Virus record (IMG/VR): IMGVR_UViG_3300028577_000007
Reading direction: 5' to 3' (one strand)
Length of the DNA: 20,000 nt
DNA from: an uncultured virus (IMG/VR IMGVR_UViG_3300028577_000007)
Lineage: Duplodnaviria > Heunggongvirae > Uroviricota > Caudoviricetes
A program made the translations under genes and the position numbers. Shown here in pieces: positions 15,562 to 20,000 of the stretch. The notes under the pieces are model-generated. The model did no database searches. It worked only from the letters and a program-made list of their open reading frames with translations, and was not told the DNA's origin. Positions within the stretch are counted from its first letter, which is position 1, and each line of letters opens with the position of its first letter.

Positions 15562-15852
15562 ATGCTTCTTCCTGAAAATGGGCCACCGACTCATCCCGGG
15601 GAATTCGTCCTCTACAGCTTCATGCTGCCAAGCGACATCACGCTCACCGCTCTGGCCTCAAGCATGGGGATCCCTAGAGAGGAGGCGCGCATGCTGATCG
15701 ATGGCGAGATCGCCTGTACTCCGCGCCTCGCCGAAAAATTGGCAACTGCCCTCGAGACCGAAGCCGAATTCTGGCTCTCTGCCCAGAGCATCTACGATGC
15801 CTGGCTCAAGCGCGAAGGCCTCTACGAGAGCTACTACCTCGCCGCGAACTAA
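15562..15852 (+). CDS. higA: HigA HTH antitoxin (start may be 15538 or 15547)
   Basis: PTHPGE...LA..MGI...TPRLAEKLATAL...EFWLSAQ..YD. Confidence 0.9.
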   Translation: MLLPENGPPTHPGEFVLYSFMLPSDITLTALASSMGIPREEARMLIDGEIACTPRLAEKLATALETEAEFWLSAQSIYDAWLKREGLYESYYLAAN

Positions 15853-15860
15853 GCAGACAC

Positions 15861-16094
15861 ATGGCGACATATGAATTCGATGTCCAGCTCCTCGCCTCTG
15901 AGATCACAGACGATCTAGCGGAGCTGGTGTTTAACGCTGGCTGCGACGACGCCGTTTTGTGCAAATACGACCGCGTCGTGTACTTGAGCTTCGAGCGCAA
16001 GGCCCCGAGCCGGGAGACCGCTGTGCGCTCCGCTCTGGAGGCGCTAGCTCAAGCGCACGTGCCGTTCGTGGCCGACGTACGGTGCGCCTCTTAG
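15861..16094 (+). CDS. HicB-like N-terminal domain only (AGCDDA family)
   Basis: FNAGCDDA, VYLSFER, AVRSAL; 50% identical to gene 1..249. Confidence 0.75.
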   Translation: MATYEFDVQLLASEITDDLAELVFNAGCDDAVLCKYDRVVYLSFERKAPSRETAVRSALEALAQAHVPFVADVRCAS

Positions 16095-16477
16095 CTCGGT
16101 GAGCCCGACGCCCGCACCACTGCCCGCTCGATCTTTTCCGCCTGCATCGCGAGATCGTTCGGCTCGATGAGCCCCGTCTGCAGCTGCCGCACGCAGATCT
16201 GCGCCTCGACGAGCGCTGCGTTGACCACGCGGATCGCCCGCTCGTGCGACTCGTGCCCAGCGCGCATCTCCCGGTAGTACCGCTCGGCGCGCTCCACCAT
16301 GCGAGCCGCAGAACCTGCCGACTCTTTGTAGCGATCTGACAGCACGCCCGTCCCGACGCCGCGATCCTCTACCGATCGAGGATCCGTCAGGCGCCCTAGC
16401 TCCGTGGCACAGAGATGCGCGCTGCGCGCCACGAGCAGGATCGCTCGCAGGCACGAGGCACGCGCGTCGGGATCCAC
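16091..16477 (-). CDS. helical hypothetical protein
   Basis: GTG start; converges on the TA operon with a 4-nt overlap. Confidence 0.6.
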   Translation of the reverse strand: MDPDARASCLRAILLVARSAHLCATELGRLTDPRSVEDRGVGTGVLSDRYKESAGSAARMVERAERYYREMRAGHESHERAIRVVNAALVEAQICVRQLQTGLIEPNDLAMQAEKIERAVVRASGSPS

Positions 16478-16488
16478 CGTCTGATCTC

Positions 16489-16869
16489 TCAGAGACCTGG
16501 GACTACTGTAACCGTGGTCGCGTCGAGCTCGAGGTAGGCCCCGTTCGAGAGCAACTTGACGAGCACGTATTCCTTCGCGGCCGACCGGTTGTAGGCCGCA
16601 ATCACCACGCCATTGAACGCCGCCGAGTACCCAGGGACGTTCACGACAGTGCCGAGGAGGGCAAGCGTCGTGGGGTTCGCGTTGACGATCTCGTCGAGCT
16701 GGCCCGCGGCGACCGCCGCAACGTGCTGACCGTTGTACCAGTTGACGGCGCCTCCCGCGGCTCCCTCCGCCACCCCGAACACCGGCGGTTGCGCCGTCTG
16801 GTAACCGACCCCTGTGAGGGCCGCCGACGTGGTCTTCAGCGCGACAATCGAACCTGCAGCAATAGCCAT
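16489..16869 (-). CDS. Ala/Gly/Val-rich protein, possibly virion-associated
   Basis: composition and GC3 bias; has its own promoter. Confidence 0.7.
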   Translation of the reverse strand: MAIAAGSIVALKTTSAALTGVGYQTAQPPVFGVAEGAAGGAVNWYNGQHVAAVAAGQLDEIVNANPTTLALLGTVVNVPGYSAAFNGVVIAAYNRSAAKEYVLVKLLSNGAYLELDATTVTVVPGL

Positions 16870-16876
16870 GGCAGGG

Positions 16877-16906
16877 AGGCTACCCGAGGAAGGGAGGGGA
16901 TGTCAA
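16877..16906 (-). promoter_or_regulatory. Sigma70 promoter, leaderless type
   Basis: TTGACA(16906-901)-N18-TAGCCT(16882-877)-N7-ATG, no SD. Confidence 0.65.
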
Positions 16907-16908
16907 AT

Positions 16909-17763
16909 TCACGGGCAGTGCGCCTCGATCTTCCAACTTGCGGGCCAGCCAGGCTTCCCCGGTTGCTGGCTCGCGCAGGTGCCCTGGTCAACACACGAGA
17001 ACGCGATCTCCTCGCCGAGCTTGCACGCGCCTCCCCCGGTGTCGTCGCACCGGGCCGTCTGGATTTCCCCCAATAGGTAAGCGCCGGCGAATCCCCATGC
17101 CCGGGCTGAGCATGCAAATGGGCTCGGGGCCGTCAGAAACCACCGGACGATGGGCACCATGCTGCTCGTCCCGGGGCCAACCGCAATGAACGAAACCCCG
17201 TCTGCACTTGCCGGGTATGCCATGGGGACATTGCAGCTCGCAGGAGCACCGTTGACCGTGATCGATCGGTTATCGACCCAATCGGTACAGCTCACCGTGT
17301 TGAACGGCGTCGAAATACGCAAGCAAACCGCGCCCATGGTGCGAATATCGGCCTCGCCCGACGGATCGCCGTCGATCCAAGGGGAGCAGGGAGGGGCGAT
17401 GCCCGAGCCGCCCGCGCCAGAAGCGCCGCCGCTCCCGGGGGCACCTGGCGCGCCGCCAGAGCCAGCGATGCCTGAGCGGCCGCCGGCGGCCAAGGAACCC
17501 CCATCGGGCGCCCCTGCGCGCCCCAGATCGTCCGCGGGAGAAGACCCAGCAGAGGGCGCGCCGGCCTCACTTGCGGCGACAGCTCCGGACGCACCCGCTT
17601 CGCCGTCAGACGGCAGAGCGACGTCCGCCGCCGAAAATGGACCACCGCAGGCTGGTAGCAGGAAAGCTAGAGCGAGGAGGATCTTCAGGAACCCCCATCG
17701 GGCGCCCCTGCGCGCCACCCAGCAGAGGGTCTTCTCCCGTGTCACCGTGAGCAAATCGCTCAC
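16909..17763 (-). CDS. Lipoprotein with Gly/Ala/Ser linker and Cys-rich extracellular domains (start uncertain)
   Basis: LLALAFLLPA-C lipobox; GGA/GGS-rich linker of myxobacterial type; multiple Cys. Confidence 0.7.
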   Translation of the reverse strand: MSDLLTVTREKTLCWVARRGARWGFLKILLALAFLLPACGGPFSAADVALPSDGEAGASGAVAASEAGAPSAGSSPADDLGRAGAPDGGSLAAGGRSGIAGSGGAPGAPGSGGASGAGGSGIAPPCSPWIDGDPSGEADIRTMGAVCLRISTPFNTVSCTDWVDNRSITVNGAPASCNVPMAYPASADGVSFIAVGPGTSSMVPIVRWFLTAPSPFACSARAWGFAGAYLLGEIQTARCDDTGGGACKLGEEIAFSCVDQGTCASQQPGKPGWPASWKIEAHCP

Positions 17764-17844
17764 CGGAGTGGCTCCAGTCGGCGCGCGTAGCGCCGGACGA
17801 GCGCCGTCACCTCCGGGATCGGCTCGCGCACCACGAGCATCTCG
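17722..17844 (-). repeat. Copy 2 of the ~125-bp inverted duplication
   Basis: reverse complement of 11760-11885. Confidence 0.95.
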
Positions 17845-17879
17845 CTTTGAGGCCCATACGATCATCTCATCTGATTGCT

Positions 17880-18353
17880 TCACCCGGTATGCTCCTTCAG
17901 CGCCTTGATGTTCACCGATACGCTCGCGGGCTCGGCGATCTTCCACTCTGGCGGAATCGGCATCCAATGGGTAAATACCGCGAACGCTGTGCTCAGCCCG
18001 TGCCTCCGGACGAGCGCGAGGCCATCCGGGGACCCCTGGTCGACCTCGATCCAGCCAGCCACCGGCTCGTAGAGCGCGCTGCGGGCTACGATCTCGTCCC
18101 CGGGCTTGGGGAGGCAGTCGGTGCGGGGGATCCATGCGGCAGCGCGAGCGAGAGCGGTGTCCAACTCGGCGATGCGCTGGTCGCGCCACGCGAGCTGCAT
18201 TGCGATTTCTGCCTTGGAATGGAGACCCTCTGCTGTCATCGCCGCAACGTTCCGGGAATAGTGCGGTTCTAGCTTCCACGGGAGCAGGTCGTCGGGATAC
18301 CGGCAGATGGCGCGCTCCGGCAGCTCCACCCCCATAATCTTCGGCGCGGTCAC
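17880..18353 (-). CDS. Phage protein with AMTAEGLHSK domain and C-terminal DUF551-like domain
   Basis: GTGA overlap start; WIPRTDCLP...THWMPIP. Confidence 0.7.
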   Translation of the reverse strand: MTAPKIMGVELPERAICRYPDDLLPWKLEPHYSRNVAAMTAEGLHSKAEIAMQLAWRDQRIAELDTALARAAAWIPRTDCLPKPGDEIVARSALYEPVAGWIEVDQGSPDGLALVRRHGLSTAFAVFTHWMPIPPEWKIAEPASVSVNIKALKEHTG

Positions 18354-18481
18354 TTGGCACCCGCCGCCTTCTTGAGCAGTTCCGCGCCGACCTTGCAAAG
18401 CTCCAGGGGGTGTTCGCGGCACTGCTTGCAGGAGTCCAGATGCGCGTGGAATTGATCGGACGCTTTCTTGAAGTCGGTCAC
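18350..18481 (-). CDS. 43-aa His/Cys small protein (not in ORF track)
   Basis: MTDFKKASDQFHAHLDSCKQCREHPLELCKVGAELLKKAAGAK; GTGA overlaps at both ends. Confidence 0.7.
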   Translation of the reverse strand: MTDFKKASDQFHAHLDSCKQCREHPLELCKVGAELLKKAAGAK

Positions 18482-19397
18482 TTGTCACCCGCCGGGACGT
18501 ACTTGACCACGCGGAACTCGTGCCTTGGGCTGTTTGTACGGTACATGCCCTGCGCAAAACATCCTCGCCCTGCGCATCGGCCTCGTACGAGTACAACTTA
18601 TAATCGCTAGCGGGGAAGCGGTCGCCGCATCCGATACACCGGACGTATTTCGCTTCATCGGGCTTCGTCTCTCGACTCACCCACGAATGAAAGCCATCGT
18701 GCTTCGCGGGGAATGAGCAAACTTCGCCACATGAACCATGCTTGACGATTCCGCACTTCGCCTCGGGCTTCGCCTCTACGCGACGGACGGCGGTGACCCA
18801 ATCGCGTCGGGTCCCGCCAAAGCGAAACACCCACCGGCCGAAGTCTTGTACGGCCTCGACTGTCATCAGCGTTGGCGTGCGCAGTCTATGGGCGGCACCG
18901 TCAACATCCTCGTACTCCCCCGGCTCCAGCGTCACGCCCTCGGCTGCGCGGATAAGCATCGAGCAAGGCGTGTCCGGAATCATGCCTAGAGCCTGCGTCG
19001 CGAAGTGCATGCCACTTTTCAACGGGAACCCCTTCTCGCAGTAATAGCAATGCTCGCCTCTGACCGTAGCCTGCTCATCCTGAGTGAGCGCTAAAAAGTC
19101 TAGCGAGGGCTTTGGCTCGGGTTGTGGGTCGCTCACCCATTCGTACTGTCGTAGTAATGAGCTCTCGCTTAACGTGTGCAAACCGCCCTTGTCGCTCGTT
19201 AGCCGGACCACGTCCGCCGAGAAAATGGCATCTACAATCCACAGCGCGTCTCCGCGTCCCCACCTCGACCCCACAACAATCGGCCTCTCCTCTGCCGCCG
19301 CTGGCCAGGTCGCCCCAACCGCCTCAAGCTCCTTTTTCGTGTGGGTCATATGGTAGCGTTCAGACGGCGTCGTCGCCTCAGGCTTAGCGTCTTCCAT
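18478..19397 (-). CDS. Modular Cys/His-rich phage protein, probable frameshift near 18550-18580
   Basis: AGGAG RBS; CYYC, CGEVC...HDGFH, CIGCG; a natural-looking end (...FRVVKYVPAGDK*) lies in another frame. Confidence 0.6.
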
Positions 19398-19417
19398 TCA
19401 GGTCTCCTGCTTCAGGA

Positions 19418-19426
19418 AAGATAGCA
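19418..19426 (-). promoter_or_regulatory. possible extended -10 promoter
   Basis: TG-C-TATCTT upstream of the AGGAG RBS; no -35. Confidence 0.3.
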
Positions 19427-19469
19427 CATTACTTCGGCGGGCGCGGGTACCCGTCGCACCAGCAGGTGC

Positions 19470-20000
19470 TCATTTCTGAAGCCACAGCATGCGGTGGTCA
19501 CCGGTATCTGGACTCACAGCGTCTTCGATCGTGACCGGGCGCACTTGGCCGTCCGTCCCGATCGATCGAAGCTCAGGGAACCCCATCCCCTGGATCTCGC
19601 GCAGCGCATCGAGAGGGGAGACGTGGTCCGCGGGCGTAAACTCGAGCGCGACGGCGATCTTCGGGCTCCGCTCGATGAGGCCTTTCATCCCGCGGAGCAC
19701 CTCGAGCTCGTGCCCCTGCGCGTCGACCTTCACGAAGTCGGCGTGCTCGTGATTTTCATCAAGCCTCGCGCAGAACACCTTCGCGTCTGGTGACATCAGT
19801 CCTTCTGCGAAGCGCAGTGAAGCTGACCCCATGAGCCTATTGCTCAGGAACAGCGGCCTCATACCTTCGTAGTCAGACGCGGCGACGGGGTGACAAATAT
19901 CATCCCCGCCATTGATCATGAGGGTGTCGATCAGAAGCTCGGCCACGCGCGGCTGGGGCTCGTAGGCCGTGACACTCCCCTTGTCGCCCGCGAGCTCCTT
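19470..20000 (-). CDS. FkbM-family SAM methyltransferase, 5' end outside the window
   Basis: GSVTAYEPQP, RLD...DFVKVDAQGHELEVLRGM...ALEF; frame open to 20000. Confidence 0.85.
   Translation of the reverse strand, partial: KELAGDKGSVTAYEPQPRVAELLIDTLMINGGDDICHPVAASDYEGMRPLFLSNRLMGSASLRFAEGLMSPDAKVFCARLDENHEHADFVKVDAQGHELEVLRGMKGLIERSPKIAVALEFTPADHVSPLDALREIQGMGFPELRSIGTDGQVRPVTIEDAVSPDTGDHRMLWLQK

Noticed and set aside
8656..17844. DGR template/variable repeat reading of the 45-bp and 125-bp repeats
   Set aside because: Mismatches are not exclusively at adenines of one copy, one pair has an indel, and no reverse transcriptase is in the window.
16909..18360. 483-aa ORF as a single protein
   Set aside because: The N-terminal ~200 codons overlap the DUF551 gene in another frame; the lipoprotein signal appears only near 17720-17650.
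1..20000. CRISPR array for the Cas12-like gene
   Set aside because: No regularly spaced repeat-spacer series was seen. All repeats found occur as two copies with non-CRISPR spacing.

Overview
High-GC window that looks like the accessory/early region of a large phage or prophage. The host is probably Myxococcota: this is inferred from sigma54-type promoters, myxobacterial-type LexA-like boxes and a Gly/Ala-rich lipoprotein. About 35 small, tightly coupled + strand genes (643-14144) meet a - strand block (16091-20000). Recognisable genes: a HicA-like/HicB-like TA pair (partial, left edge), an SCO6735/TARG1-like macrodomain, a Zn-finger/OB-like phage protein, a Cre-like tyrosine recombinase, a higBA operon with a third HTH-less HicB-like gene, a DUF551 protein and a partial FkbM-type methyltransferase. 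The standout is a 520-aa TnpB/Cas12m(V-U1)-like protein with RuvC-I Asp replaced by Asn. It has no transposase or CRISPR array in the window, is fused into a phage operon, and is followed by a hairpin cluster. Non-coding signals: homologous LexA-box-like promoters before both TA loci, a dif-like ATAA-N6-TTAT palindrome, a duplicated sigma54 cassette, a 27-bp-stem intergenic hairpin, a ~125-bp inverted duplication 5.8 kb apart, and a 45-bp direct repeat giving two genes the same C-terminus. All family assignments come from motif recognition by eye, not database searches.
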